The notes under the pieces are model-generated. The model made no database searches and was not told the origin of the DNA. It saw only the letters and a list, made by a program, of their open reading frames with translations. The translations under genes were made by a program, and so were the position numbers. This document shows, piece after piece, positions 43,654 through 54,467 of a stretch of 64,000 nt of DNA (positions are counted from its first letter, which is position 1; the number at the start of each line of letters is the position of its first letter). The stretch lies in the sequence record phage_1. One strand, given 5' to 3'.

Positions 43654-45438
43654 TTAGAACCCGCAGATGTACTCCATAGGCTCTGTCACTACTTCCCCTT
43701 GCTTACGTAAGAACGTAGACAGGACAGTGTCTTTGTCCGGTAAGCAGAAGAAGTCTGTCGCTATTTCCATGGCATTAACTCGCCCAGCAGTTAAGTTGAC
43801 GCCCGTGCGACGTCGAATCTCTTCACTAACCCCATTGATGGACAGTAGTTCGATGAGTGTGGTCTCACGAGATTGGTTCATCATGTTTGTGGCCGAAGGG
43901 TAGGCCTGGGTTAAGTCCGCATCCGCAGTTTGTCCACGGAACGCAGAGTAATATTCGTCAATCTCCTCCAGAATGTTATTCAGACCGTTCTCAGCATTCA
44001 TACATGCTGTCAGGGTAACAATCCAACCGTCTGTACCGATAACCTCTTCATCGTAATCGTTACGCATTGCAGACCCTACGGAACCGATGACGTATCCTTT
44101 GTCATACAGATAATAGGTAAAGGCCACGCAGATACGTTTTGGTAGCGACGGGAAGATATCGTACATCGAGAAACCTGCCAGAATGGATATTGCCGAAGAC
44201 AAGTCGTTCGTTTTCTTATCCAACAACACGATTAACAAGTTATCCATCATGTTGTATACGGCATATTCGGCAGGGTAGTCCCGTTGTGCTTTTATGTGCC
44301 ATTGCAGGTTATCTTCATACGGCAGTCCAGGAATGTCGAGTTTGTGTAAACCGAGTTCGGTGTACAGTATGGCAGATAACTTGTACGAAGGACGTTGCCC
44401 TTCGTGGACACGCAACGAACGGAATAACACCATGGCATCCACACAGTAGAAAGACGCAGTACAGTAGAGTACGTGCCACTGTTGTGACGGTGCTTTGGTG
44501 AGTGACTTGGATTCCGTCTTTTTGTTCGCCTGGTCTTCTTTAAACCACAGACGACGGTATTTCTCCGGCACATCCGGATGGTTAAAGACGCCCAGTGGAT
44601 CGATACCTTCTTTCTGCAAGGTTTCCAACATGCGTGAAATATCGAACTGGTGGTTCCATGCGACCAGCAAATCAGGAAGACGCGGATGAATCTCTTCGAA
44701 CATCCTGACGATGCACTGCCCTGCCGTAGCGCAGGTATAGGTGAAGATTTTATAACCNCTGATAATGTCTTTGGTCTTTGTCNCCTTTTCGCCGGTCTTT
44801 TTGTCTTTNTCNTCGNATTCGNTTTTGNTTAAGAGTTCCTGCGCTTTTTTGANAATGACTTCTTCCGCGTTTTTACCGATGCGGTCCATGTAGTTCTTAG
44901 CACCAAAGAAATGGATTTCGTCGTCTAAGATAAATGACACGATCCACGGTTCCTTCGTGCCGTCCATTTCGTTGGTCTCCACGTCGTATACGCAAAGACG
45001 GTTAGGGCTGATGTTGTTCGGCCAGCGCTTTAAATATTTCTGTTTAATCCAGCTGGTAATCGGTAAGTCGGCCCAATAAACGTACGGGCTAGTACAGACA
45101 CGACGCAGGTTCTTTTTCGGGTCAGGGAAACGTGCACCTAAACCCATCTGCAACGTCTTCGCCATCTGCGCATCAGTAGTCCAGAGTTCTTGACATTTTC
45201 CTTTTTCTTCGAACTCTTTTTTCTCCTGGTGGTTACGATATTCTTCACGGGTAACGTACACCGGACGCTTTAAATTCTCACGCATTACCAAGCGCGGGAT
45301 AAGCCTGCCATCCTTAGTATGGATGACCTCTTTGATGAGGACAAAGTCATTTTCTTTTTCTTCGTCCGTCGCATAAGCGACGTGTTTGCACTCTTTAGCG
45401 ATGACATCCTCGGGTGCGTAATAGGTATTGATTTCCAT
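43654..45438 (-). CDS. Family B DNA polymerase, 3'-5' exonuclease plus motif A subunit (phiKZ gp82-like)
   Basis: ExoI YDVET, ExoII NHQFD, ExoIII YNMMD and motif A DADLTQAYPS. Confidence 0.85.
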   Translation of the reverse strand: MEINTYYAPEDVIAKECKHVAYATDEEKENDFVLIKEVIHTKDGRLIPRLVMRENLKRPVYVTREEYRNHQEKKEFEEKGKCQELWTTDAQMAKTLQMGLGARFPDPKKNLRRVCTSPYVYWADLPITSWIKQKYLKRWPNNISPNRLCVYDVETNEMDGTKEPWIVSFILDDEIHFFGAKNYMDRIGKNAEEVIXKKAQELLXKXEXXXKDKKTGEKXTKTKDIIXGYKIFTYTCATAGQCIVRMFEEIHPRLPDLLVAWNHQFDISRMLETLQKEGIDPLGVFNHPDVPEKYRRLWFKEDQANKKTESKSLTKAPSQQWHVLYCTASFYCVDAMVLFRSLRVHEGQRPSYKLSAILYTELGLHKLDIPGLPYEDNLQWHIKAQRDYPAEYAVYNMMDNLLIVLLDKKTNDLSSAISILAGFSMYDIFPSLPKRICVAFTYYLYDKGYVIGSVGSAMRNDYDEEVIGTDGWIVTLTACMNAENGLNNILEEIDEYYSAFRGQTADADLTQAYPSATNMMNQSRETTLIELLSINGVSEEIRRRTGVNLTAGRVNAMEIATDFFCLPDKDTVLSTFLRKQGEVVTEPMEYICGF

Positions 45439-45508
45439 GGTCTACTCTCAAATATGGTGTCTGCTATACTGATTTGTGGGTAACGTATTTTCTAAAAGGA
45501 ACGTCTAA

Positions 45509-46861
45509 ATGGGACACNGGNAAAANNANANAANCCCNTTGGCNNNCGNNAAANCCGNGGCCNCNGAANCCNNNGNNTTCNAAAAAAAAAAAAAANNCCC
45601 CTNTTTGGNGGNAGNGGNANGNANGTTNCGTGNTGCGGGNGACTTCTCGCCAGNGGGTTATCAGAGTTCTGGTATTGCTGCCTGGGTCTTTGACAACAAC
45701 GGTATTACAGTCCTGCCTCGTAACGGGTCCGACTTAGGTGTGGCGGACGTTGTGTTTGCGGGTGTGGAGCCGCCGAAGCTCGATGCGAACAACCCAATCA
45801 TCGCCGACCTGCAACGCAAGATGGTGCAGGGTAACACCGACCTGGATGTCTACAGTAAGTTCTTAAAAGAGAACGAACTGAACGGCGAGTTCGACGATAA
45901 AAATGCGAAGCTTTCAGGCGAACTCAGCAAGGTGCCGTCCCCACTTTGGCTGACCCCGAAACTACTGACCAGTATCGACTTAACGGATTTAGAAGTCGCG
46001 GCGATTATTCTACATGAAGTCGGCCACGTCTATTACTATTTCCGTACCTTGATGCGTACGGTGGTAACGAACCTGATTGCGGATGCTGCAGCGAACCGCA
46101 TGATGCAAACCGAAGACCCGACAGTGCGTTTGAAAGTCGTAAAAGACGTTGAACGTATGCTGAACACCAAAGTGAATCAGCCGGAAACTATCTGCAAAGA
46201 GATGTCTAAAGAGAACATCTACATGCATCTGGTGACGGACATTCTGCTTGAGCGTCCATTTGTTACCGGTTCGGAAGGGTTCGCTAACCGTACCTGGGAA
46301 CGTGCTGCAGATGACTTCGCAGCTCGCTTTGGTGCAGCCCCGTACCTGGCGTCAGCCCTGTACAAAATCGAAACGTCCCAATTCTATCTCTGCCGGAACG
46401 CGTCGTACATGAACTACGGTGTGCATCTGATGCTGGAAATGCTTAACGTTTCGCTGCTGATTGTGGCTTCGACTAATCCAGTTGGCCTGTTCTTCACGAC
46501 TATCTCGGTGGCGTTCGGTCTGATTGTGAACGACCCACGCAACACCATCTACGATCCGCCGCAGGAACGTTTTGAGACGATGCGTCGTAACTTAGTGGAA
46601 GAGCTGAACACCTTAAAAGGTAGCACCACGAAAGAAGCGAACGAACATCGTAAACGTATTCTGCAGGGCATTGCGTCTATCGACGAATTACTGAAAACCG
46701 TGAAAGACAAAGACAACGTCTTTAGCTTCATCATGAAAACGCTGACCCCTGGCGGTCGCCGTGAGCGCGCTGGTGTGGATTATCAGCGTACGATGGAGCG
46801 NTATCTTTCTAATGACCTGCGTGTGGCTTCATCAAAGCTAAGCCGGGCTACCGTTTCTTAA
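45509..46861 (+). CDS. Virion head protein with zincin-like HExxH motif
   Basis: LHEVGH plus ERAADDFA; hydrophobic segment near the C-terminus; 5' end is N-rich. Confidence 0.65.
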   Translation: MGHXXXXXXXLXXXKXXAXEXXXFXKKKKXPXLXXXXXXXRXAXDFSPXGYQSSGIAAWVFDNNGITVLPRNGSDLGVADVVFAGVEPPKLDANNPIIADLQRKMVQGNTDLDVYSKFLKENELNGEFDDKNAKLSGELSKVPSPLWLTPKLLTSIDLTDLEVAAIILHEVGHVYYYFRTLMRTVVTNLIADAAANRMMQTEDPTVRLKVVKDVERMLNTKVNQPETICKEMSKENIYMHLVTDILLERPFVTGSEGFANRTWERAADDFAARFGAAPYLASALYKIETSQFYLCRNASYMNYGVHLMLEMLNVSLLIVASTNPVGLFFTTISVAFGLIVNDPRNTIYDPPQERFETMRRNLVEELNTLKGSTTKEANEHRKRILQGIASIDELLKTVKDKDNVFSFIMKTLTPGGRRERAGVDYQRTMEXYLSNDLRVASSKLSRATVS

Positions 46862-46876
46862 GTAAGGGTACTTAAC

Positions 46877-47320
46877 ATGACGCATAAAGTTTCTTTAAAT
46901 AACCTGGTACTGGATTTCAAACGTACCAACGAAGGGAAAGGTGTACACGCCCAGCGTGCTTTGACCGGTCTGGTTGCTTTCTCACTGGCGTATAACGCGG
47001 TATTGGCTGACAATGGCCAATATGGCGCTGCAGAGGCCGCTGGGACGTTTTTACGTCCGGTAATGCGTAATATCGTCTCTGACGTTAACGAGCTGTACTG
47101 TGTTGATTTAGGCGTGATTGAGGACATGACCGTGGGTCTGTACTGCAATCGTTACTGCAACGTGTATGGCGGCGCTAAAGCTCTGGAAAGTTTCTCAGTT
47201 CGTGAGATTTTCAACCAGGCACTCGGGGAAGATATCTGGGAAACCGTCGGTCTGTGGATTAGCCGCTTTATGGAAGTGGTTGGTTTCTACATGGCAGAAC
47301 TGAAAGGGCAGATTTCATGA
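46877..47320 (+). CDS. Probable virion protein
   Basis: AAGGG SD; within the structural block. Confidence 0.7.
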   Translation: MTHKVSLNNLVLDFKRTNEGKGVHAQRALTGLVAFSLAYNAVLADNGQYGAAEAAGTFLRPVMRNIVSDVNELYCVDLGVIEDMTVGLYCNRYCNVYGGAKALESFSVREIFNQALGEDIWETVGLWISRFMEVVGFYMAELKGQIS

Positions 47321-49050
47321 GCATGGAAATGACAGGTAACGCCACCCACCCCAAATGGCGTTTGGGGGAGATCGGTGAAGTCCTGCGTTCACGTATGGCC
47401 GAGCGTATTGATTCTGNCANCCANCTCAATCTGTACATGCAACGCAACGAAGCCGACTTAATCTACGGCTCTCGACTGATTCTGCAAATAGACGCGATTC
47501 TTGATGAGGTGCGACGCGCTGGCCTATCGAAAGATGTCGCTGTCGCTGTTGAATCTTCCCGCCCAGGCACAATTCCCGAAGCTGTCCGCAAAATCCTGAC
47601 CTCTAACTATACCCGCACGCACCAGAAAGAGACTATTGTTGCGCTCGAGTCCTGGGCAAATGCAGGTAAAGTGGGATTGGTTGTGTTAATCATGACCGCG
47701 ATTATCAAAATCATCGGTTGGATTATCAGCAACGGTAACGGGTTTGCTGGTAATGGCGAATTCGACGGCGAAGGTTACGCTGAGAAAGTCGGCGAAAAAG
47801 CAGAGAGTTTCTCCCAGACCGAAAACACTATCATCGGTCAGCTGAAAATCAGCGCAGTGAAAGATGCATACATCGAAGCCTCTAAGGGTCTGAAAGGTCG
47901 TGACCTGGAAAACCTGAACTTGGCTATCGCGATGGCCGACGAAGTGTTTACGAACATGAACGCGGAAGAGTATCTGAACGACTTGAGCAGCGCGCTGGGC
48001 CGTTCGCCGTTCACTGAATTGTTCAAAGGTTACACTAAGAAACGCCAATCGAGCCAGCAGGTTATTCACGACCTGTTAGATACCCTGTTACAACACAACG
48101 TAACTTACGGTATCTATCCGATTGAGGTGGGTAAGAAAGCCTGGCAGGCATTGCCGAAGTCTGCACGTGAAGCCGGTGTACGTATTCCGAACCTGTTGAA
48201 CTTCCAACAGATGTCGAATGTTGCCAGCGAACTTATCGGCTACTTTGGCTCCCTCCAAAGTGCCTTTAAAGCAATGATCGACCCAAGCGTTGCCGAGGGT
48301 TTTAAGAATCAGCAAGGTTCAACCACTACCCATAACGGTAAGCAGGTCAATAAAGCAGCACACGACACCGCGCTTATCTTCGGCCAGGCGTTAGCGCAGC
48401 TGAACACCACGATGAACTTCATCATCAGCGACGTTTCCCGCAAAGGATTCGAATACGCTACTGCACCTTTGGTCGTTATCCCAGAAAACAAAGTTCGCGG
48501 TTTAGTGGGTCATGACGATGGTGTGGACTTCGTGCCTGGTAAGGTATTGGTTAATGCACAAGCATCGGCGTTCTTGGGACGTGAATGCTTAGAGCAAATG
48601 CGCCAAGCGGGCACGTTATCGGTTGGCGACGAACGTGAGCTGCTGGCCGTGGTAGTAACGCTAGGTAAACAAGGTTTTACTAACGACACCGCCGCGACTA
48701 ACCTGAACCGTTACAGTGCACTGGATAAGGCGGTTAATAACACGATTAAAGTGTTGGAGCAGTTCCAGAAAGCAACCAAGGATAACGCTGAATACGTTAA
48801 CCTGATTAGCGAAGTCATTATGAACGAGCTTAATCAACCTTCTGGTCTGCGCACCGACGGTCGTGAACTCTCGATGGTGTTATTCTCCCCAGACGGTGAT
48901 GAAGACCTCTTCGTCGGCTTGCGTCGTAACCTGTCGTTGGTGCGTCGTTGTTGCGGTGCTGCCGCTACACTGCAGACGATACTGAACCTGGCCAAACGTA
49001 ACCCGTTGGTGAAAGGCAATAATCGCAAAAACATGCTTGACGGCGAATAA
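47317..49050 (+). CDS. Virion head (ejection-type) protein
   Basis: AxE-S processing-like sites (VAVES, VALES) followed by a hydrophobic helix. Confidence 0.7.
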   Translation: MSMEMTGNATHPKWRLGEIGEVLRSRMAERIDSXXXLNLYMQRNEADLIYGSRLILQIDAILDEVRRAGLSKDVAVAVESSRPGTIPEAVRKILTSNYTRTHQKETIVALESWANAGKVGLVVLIMTAIIKIIGWIISNGNGFAGNGEFDGEGYAEKVGEKAESFSQTENTIIGQLKISAVKDAYIEASKGLKGRDLENLNLAIAMADEVFTNMNAEEYLNDLSSALGRSPFTELFKGYTKKRQSSQQVIHDLLDTLLQHNVTYGIYPIEVGKKAWQALPKSAREAGVRIPNLLNFQQMSNVASELIGYFGSLQSAFKAMIDPSVAEGFKNQQGSTTTHNGKQVNKAAHDTALIFGQALAQLNTTMNFIISDVSRKGFEYATAPLVVIPENKVRGLVGHDDGVDFVPGKVLVNAQASAFLGRECLEQMRQAGTLSVGDERELLAVVVTLGKQGFTNDTAATNLNRYSALDKAVNNTIKVLEQFQKATKDNAEYVNLISEVIMNELNQPSGLRTDGRELSMVLFSPDGDEDLFVGLRRNLSLVRRCCGAAATLQTILNLAKRNPLVKGNNRKNMLDGE

Positions 49051-49095
49051 AATAAAAGGCTACCCTCTCCTTCGGGAGAGGGTAGTGCTTTTTTT
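49051..49095. terminator. Bidirectional terminator
   Basis: GCTACCCTCTCC-TTCG-GGAGAGGGTAGT with A/T flanks. Confidence 0.85.
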
Positions 49096-52054
49096 ATTCT
49101 TTTTCGGTATCGTGACGGTTGTACGACAGTACGATGTCATCTTTCAAACCGATGTCGCCGTTGGCTTCAATATCGAGTTTCTTACCAATTGTAGCTCGCG
49201 CTGCTTCGGTAATGACAGTGAACAGTCGCAGGTCTTTATCTGGCCCCATGTCGTCGAGTTCAACACCGATAATGGCATCGTTAAGCGTATTGCGTAACGC
49301 ATTACCGATCTCGGTTGCTGAAACGGTCAGATGTGTTGACAGATAGTCGTTAATGACTTGCGAAGTCCGTTTCCGGATTTGTGCCAGAAGCTCGCTGTTT
49401 GCTCGGTTCGCTGCCGTGAGGTAATATTTGACAGTGAACTGGTTTTCAGCAGGCAACGGTGACACAACTCCGTCTTCGGTACGTACATCGATATAACCCA
49501 TCGTGGTAATAGGAACAAAGAAGCCTTCAGTTTGCTCCAACAGCAGCGGTTTCAGATTCGGTAGTACCACCGTAACGTAGTTGATGATATTGTCAATCAC
49601 GCTATCAAGGTACGCTTTAACCGCTTTCGAGGTTGCGAACTTATAACGGGCATCGAAGACAGCCATTTCACTACGGAACTTAATACTGCGCGGCTTCGCA
49701 ATAATAGGCTGACCGTTCCCGTCGAAGATTTGTTCCCCAACGTGGTGTGCGATTTCTTGCTCACCGGTGGCCGGGTCTATTTTCGGATCGCCTTTGCGAT
49801 GCAGGTACGTGATTTGCAACGGTGGAACAGCATCAGGGTCGTACGTGTACTCAGGTGTTACGCCATCGTCTTTGGTTTTAATAACATCCTTTTCCCAATA
49901 CGCCAGAACGTCCTCCTGGTAGTATTCGTAGTTGATGCTGTCCGTTACTGCACGTGCTTTTCGCCNGTAATAGGACATGGCTTTACCCAGCTCGATTTTG
50001 AAAATCTCATGAGTAATCCCAATACCATCACGCGCAGGTGGTACAATCATTGTATCCATTTCAGCACGTTCGTAATTACCGGGGTAGTAACCCGTACAGC
50101 CGTAGAACACGTTATACTCGGTTAACAACGGTGCAGGTGTGTCCACATCCACTTCGGTGGTGATTCGGGTGTTGTTGATAATCAGCTCATCGTTACGGTC
50201 AACGTCGAGATTGGTTTTCAACAAGAATTCCCATACACGCTCCGAACCTTGACGACCCACTAAGGTGCCGTTGATGTACNCCAACTTACCGTNNGNGTTA
50301 CGCGGCGAGAAGGAAATCTGCGCAAAGACTTGGTCATCACTTAACGCCTGGTATGGCGGTTCTGATTTAGTCACAGTGCGCAGGATATAACCTTCGGCCG
50401 TTTTCTCAATCTGATAATCTGCAGTGACAACACTCAGCTCCGTTGTCACGTTGGTGCTAACGAAACGTTTTGAGTTCAACTGCGGTTTATCGAGTTGGTA
50501 AATACGAACATCGCAAGATTTGTTGTTAATGTCCACCACGTAATGGAACGGCGTGAACAGGTAACGGTTAGTGTTACCCGCGTTAACCAAATCTTCTTTA
50601 CGCATGGTCTTCGCAAGGATGGTCATCTCCGCATCGATTTGTAGACTGGTATCCGTAAAGCGATACAGCGTATCTGGCTCAATTGTCAAACGGTTGCCGT
50701 TAATACGGACCGTCGGCAGTTTCACCAGTTCATCCCAGCTAAAGTACAGCGGGGCGGTGATGGTCCCGATAGGGGAACTCACTTTAGATAACGTGGATTC
50801 CGGCATCGGCGCGGTCAGGAAGTAAGTACGCCCAGTTACGTAATCGTTCGGCTTAGACAAGGTCAGGCCGTAATCCGATACCGTGGCTTCTAACTGTTTC
50901 TCTGTTACTGGCAGTTTGCGAATCCCCACTGCATTGTTTACCANACGGTCACGCAACTCATCAAACGAAAGTTGTGTACGGCCCCCGGTGGCGTAACTGC
51001 CTTCTTCCGCAACCAGCATTTTGATGGAGAATGATTTCAACGGGTTGATGTATCCCGCATCGTATTCACCGTTCAAGTCTCGCAATGAGAAGGTGTACTC
51101 GTCCGCCGGGAATGCAGAAACGTCGAGGTCGAGTGGCCCGATGGTCGTATATACGTCCATGCGGATTTCACCACTTACCAGGTTCTTCGCCATGTAGATA
51201 GACGGTATCGTACAACGAATGGACTGGTTAACGACTTGAATCAGCGCCGTAGGCGTGTTTGGATCGTAAACGTCACGACTGTGCGTGTGGTGGATTTCTG
51301 TCCAGGTGTTTGAATTGGACGGTTTATTCCACACCCGTGCGTAGAAGAACTTGTTGGTGAACGTGCGCGTCATCACAAACGTGTTCTGCCCCAACAACGT
51401 ATCGTTCTCGTCCTTTACACTGTACTGCATCACCGGAATACGGATAGCCAGTATCTGCGACGGTGTGCTAGGAACACTTGTCAACTCCCAGTCCAACGCG
51501 TTAGTGGTTACGGGCGATATCGGTGACTGAGTTTCGGTAATCCACAAGACCTGGAAGGCTGGATTATCAACGGTACCATACGGCAGCACTCGAATTTCGA
51601 TAGGATACTGGATGGCAAAGTTGTAACCTGAAACAGTAAAGACGGTATCCCGTGGAATCACGACTTTACGAATACCTGCCACGTTTAACGGCATCGCCTT
51701 CGCTAATAGAGAGTCGACATCTAGAAGCAGCAGTAAGGTCGCTTGTGATGGCTGGGCAAAAACATCGACATAATCCACGTCAGACATGTGGCGGAACAGA
51801 TCGTCGTGAGTTTGTGCCATAGAGGGGAACATTTTCGGAATGGTGTCCCGATCGCCCTGGATAATAGTGTGGCCCATCGTAATTCCGACCTCGGTCATGT
51901 AGACCACCGGGTCGGTCGGGTCACGTAGCAGAATTTGCCCGTCGGCGTCCTGCACGTCTTGGAGCTGGTTCAGCATTAATGACTGCATTGCCGATGGGTT
52001 ATGTGCCATCAGCAGCAAGTCTTTCGATAATGCGTCGTACGTTTTCGTAGTCAT
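49094..52054 (-). CDS. Large virion structural protein, probably baseplate wedge
   Basis: 986 aa, beta-rich; syntenic with the phiKZ gp87 region (inference). Confidence 0.65.
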   Translation of the reverse strand: MTTKTYDALSKDLLLMAHNPSAMQSLMLNQLQDVQDADGQILLRDPTDPVVYMTEVGITMGHTIIQGDRDTIPKMFPSMAQTHDDLFRHMSDVDYVDVFAQPSQATLLLLLDVDSLLAKAMPLNVAGIRKVVIPRDTVFTVSGYNFAIQYPIEIRVLPYGTVDNPAFQVLWITETQSPISPVTTNALDWELTSVPSTPSQILAIRIPVMQYSVKDENDTLLGQNTFVMTRTFTNKFFYARVWNKPSNSNTWTEIHHTHSRDVYDPNTPTALIQVVNQSIRCTIPSIYMAKNLVSGEIRMDVYTTIGPLDLDVSAFPADEYTFSLRDLNGEYDAGYINPLKSFSIKMLVAEEGSYATGGRTQLSFDELRDRXVNNAVGIRKLPVTEKQLEATVSDYGLTLSKPNDYVTGRTYFLTAPMPESTLSKVSSPIGTITAPLYFSWDELVKLPTVRINGNRLTIEPDTLYRFTDTSLQIDAEMTILAKTMRKEDLVNAGNTNRYLFTPFHYVVDINNKSCDVRIYQLDKPQLNSKRFVSTNVTTELSVVTADYQIEKTAEGYILRTVTKSEPPYQALSDDQVFAQISFSPRNXXGKLXYINGTLVGRQGSERVWEFLLKTNLDVDRNDELIINNTRITTEVDVDTPAPLLTEYNVFYGCTGYYPGNYERAEMDTMIVPPARDGIGITHEIFKIELGKAMSYYXRKARAVTDSINYEYYQEDVLAYWEKDVIKTKDDGVTPEYTYDPDAVPPLQITYLHRKGDPKIDPATGEQEIAHHVGEQIFDGNGQPIIAKPRSIKFRSEMAVFDARYKFATSKAVKAYLDSVIDNIINYVTVVLPNLKPLLLEQTEGFFVPITTMGYIDVRTEDGVVSPLPAENQFTVKYYLTAANRANSELLAQIRKRTSQVINDYLSTHLTVSATEIGNALRNTLNDAIIGVELDDMGPDKDLRLFTVITEAARATIGKKLDIEANGDIGLKDDIVLSYNRHDTEKE

Positions 52055-53316
52055 TACAGTAAGCCCGCTCGTTTAAGGATGAATTGGTAATCTGCCTGAT
52101 AAACATACCAGGTCAGTTTACGACGCAGGGAGTCGATGTGCGGATAGCCGTAGTAGTTGAACAGCGGTAGTAGCTGTGGTGCAATCGGCACAAGCTGGTC
52201 TTCAGCAATCGGGATAAAGTTGCCCGCTGCAACACTCCCTGGTTGCGGCATCATATCCGGGTTAAACATAGACACCGTCAAGTTGAACATCTCCATGTAC
52301 AATGGGTCATCGAAGCGCGCCCCGATACATTGCCAGTTGAGGTTAATTGTGGTGTCGTCATTTAATTGAGGCTTGGTGTTATCGACATTCGCCATTTGAC
52401 CGGCGTTATCGTTCATCGGCCAACAAACACACGCTGTCCAGAAACGAGTGATGTTTCCGAGCGCGTCGTATTTAAACCCGTACATCCTCGACTGGTAGTC
52501 AATGCGGCGTTGGATGGAGTTACGCATCTTCGGTTTGAACTTACCCATCTTAATGCCGGACATATACTCCAGCCACACGCCCATCATTCGCATGATAGGG
52601 TTGCCGTATGGGTTGTTCAGCGACATCGACATACTGTACTGGTTATTGATTTCATGTGTGGAGTCAACCATACCCCACTGTTCGCGCATTAAACCTTCTT
52701 CAGACATCCAGTTATCGACAGACTGGTCAGGCATCCCCGAGAGGCTCAGCATCTGCGTACTCAGCAATGGTATGAATGCCTGAAGATTGTCAAACATAAT
52801 GTCCTTCATGAATGGCGTGCCCAAACGGTTCTTTCTTCGCCCATCTTCCATCGGTGAATCAGAGAACCCCAATTCAAAATCTGGGTCTAACGCTGCCAGA
52901 ATGGAATAGTCGAGTGACGATTTCGGCTGAGAAGCCATGTTCGACATCTTGCGCGAGTTGGCAATGTTGTCAAAGCACAAGTTGAAGTCAGGGCGGGTAA
53001 TGAAGGTTAGGCCACCGTACTCACGGTTAACAGGCGTCGGGTTCGACGCCATCATATGGTTGAACCCCATGTAGGGGTTGGTCACACGCTGCGCAGCCAG
53101 ACCCAAACCTAACGTAAGACGGATACGGTCATTCCAACCCGATAACTCATCATTAACGTTGTACGCCGTGGTGGGTTTCGCATCGGACAGTCGACGGTCA
53201 AAGTAGTCGGCGACCGATGGTACTGCATCGATATTATTCGGGTTTTGATACGAATTGTCGTAGTCGGTATTCGGGTCATACCCCGGATCGTTCTTATCGG
53301 TCTCGTTACTCATCAT
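52054..53316 (-). CDS. Virion structural protein, possibly tail-tube-initiator-like
   Basis: 420 aa, coupled to the next gene; the tube-like fold is a guess. Confidence 0.6.
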   Translation of the reverse strand: MMSNETDKNDPGYDPNTDYDNSYQNPNNIDAVPSVADYFDRRLSDAKPTTAYNVNDELSGWNDRIRLTLGLGLAAQRVTNPYMGFNHMMASNPTPVNREYGGLTFITRPDFNLCFDNIANSRKMSNMASQPKSSLDYSILAALDPDFELGFSDSPMEDGRRKNRLGTPFMKDIMFDNLQAFIPLLSTQMLSLSGMPDQSVDNWMSEEGLMREQWGMVDSTHEINNQYSMSMSLNNPYGNPIMRMMGVWLEYMSGIKMGKFKPKMRNSIQRRIDYQSRMYGFKYDALGNITRFWTACVCWPMNDNAGQMANVDNTKPQLNDDTTINLNWQCIGARFDDPLYMEMFNLTVSMFNPDMMPQPGSVAAGNFIPIAEDQLVPIAPQLLPLFNYYGYPHIDSLRRKLTWYVYQADYQFILKRAGLL

Positions 53317-53338
53317 TAACTCCGGAGTTTAGTTAAAA

Positions 53339-54457
53339 ATGGCAGAAAAAACATTTGAGACATCGCTCGTCTCCTTTCTTTCTAAGTTTCCCATGCTGCT
53401 TCGCCAGCGGGCGGAATCGACGGAAGAATTCAACTCTGTGCTGTACAACGAGCACACCACGNTGGTTGAANAAAGTCTGTTGGGCTTAGATTACCTGCCA
53501 GGTATTCTGGAGAAAATCCAAATCCTGCTCGCGGGCAACCAACTTACCGCCATCTCAATTCTGGTAGGTGTTCCTGAGGTTGATATCCTTGGTACGCTTG
53601 ACCAGGTTAGCACCCGTCGTAATGCCCTCGATGCGGCTGCACGTTCGGGTTCTCGCTTAGCGTCTTTCGCAATCGGCGAGTCCTCCCGTCACGCGCTGCC
53701 GTCATACGATAAAATCGGGCTTGCGGTCGGTGAATCCCGTCGCCAGAAATCCGATAACAAAGTAGCGACTGAATCGTCCGCAGGTTCTGTGCTGCCGAAC
53801 AACACGCTGAAGCTCCTGCATGATCAAGAAGGTCTGTCCAACGGTAAACTGTTCTCTGTTACCTTCGAACGTGACGGTAATAAAGTCGAGCTGCCAATGC
53901 GTCTACGTCTTGATGTGAAGTCTCTGCCGACCGANGAAATGAAAACGNTCATTGCGTTCAGCGATCAAACCAAAACCTTCTGGGAACGTGTGCTGCGTGC
54001 GAAGGTCGGTTCTCTCAGCTACGCGAAAGATATCGCGCTGTGTAATGACCTCATTGAAGAATACCGTAAGAACCGCTTCCGTGATAAGTCCGGTTATTAC
54101 CGTAAGATGATGGAAAAGAAAAACGCCAACTGGCTGTCTGGCCTGCTGACGCTGAGCCCATCCATCAACAACGCGTCTTCGGTTATGGTGGTTTCTCAAG
54201 AAACTATCGACGATCTGACTGCTCAGCTGGGCGGTGACTTCGATGATTACAATATCCGCCAGCGTGTGTTCAAAGACACCCTGACTGTTTACTACGTGGT
54301 TGTCGACCAGACCTGGAACCGTGTAACCATTTATACGCGTGGCCAGACCGGGTCTCAAGAACTCGACAAATCAGACTTTAGCAAGGCGAAGTCCGGTAGC
54401 GGCGATGTAAACAAAATCATCGATGCCTATCGCGTCGGCGCGAATCCGGTACTGTAA
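53339..54457 (+). CDS. Virion head protein
   Basis: Structural block, AxE-S site (VATES), biased codons. Confidence 0.7.
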   Translation: MAEKTFETSLVSFLSKFPMLLRQRAESTEEFNSVLYNEHTTXVEXSLLGLDYLPGILEKIQILLAGNQLTAISILVGVPEVDILGTLDQVSTRRNALDAAARSGSRLASFAIGESSRHALPSYDKIGLAVGESRRQKSDNKVATESSAGSVLPNNTLKLLHDQEGLSNGKLFSVTFERDGNKVELPMRLRLDVKSLPTXEMKTXIAFSDQTKTFWERVLRAKVGSLSYAKDIALCNDLIEEYRKNRFRDKSGYYRKMMEKKNANWLSGLLTLSPSINNASSVMVVSQETIDDLTAQLGGDFDDYNIRQRVFKDTLTVYYVVVDQTWNRVTIYTRGQTGSQELDKSDFSKAKSGSGDVNKIIDAYRVGANPVL

Positions 54458-54467
54458 GGGGAAAAGA

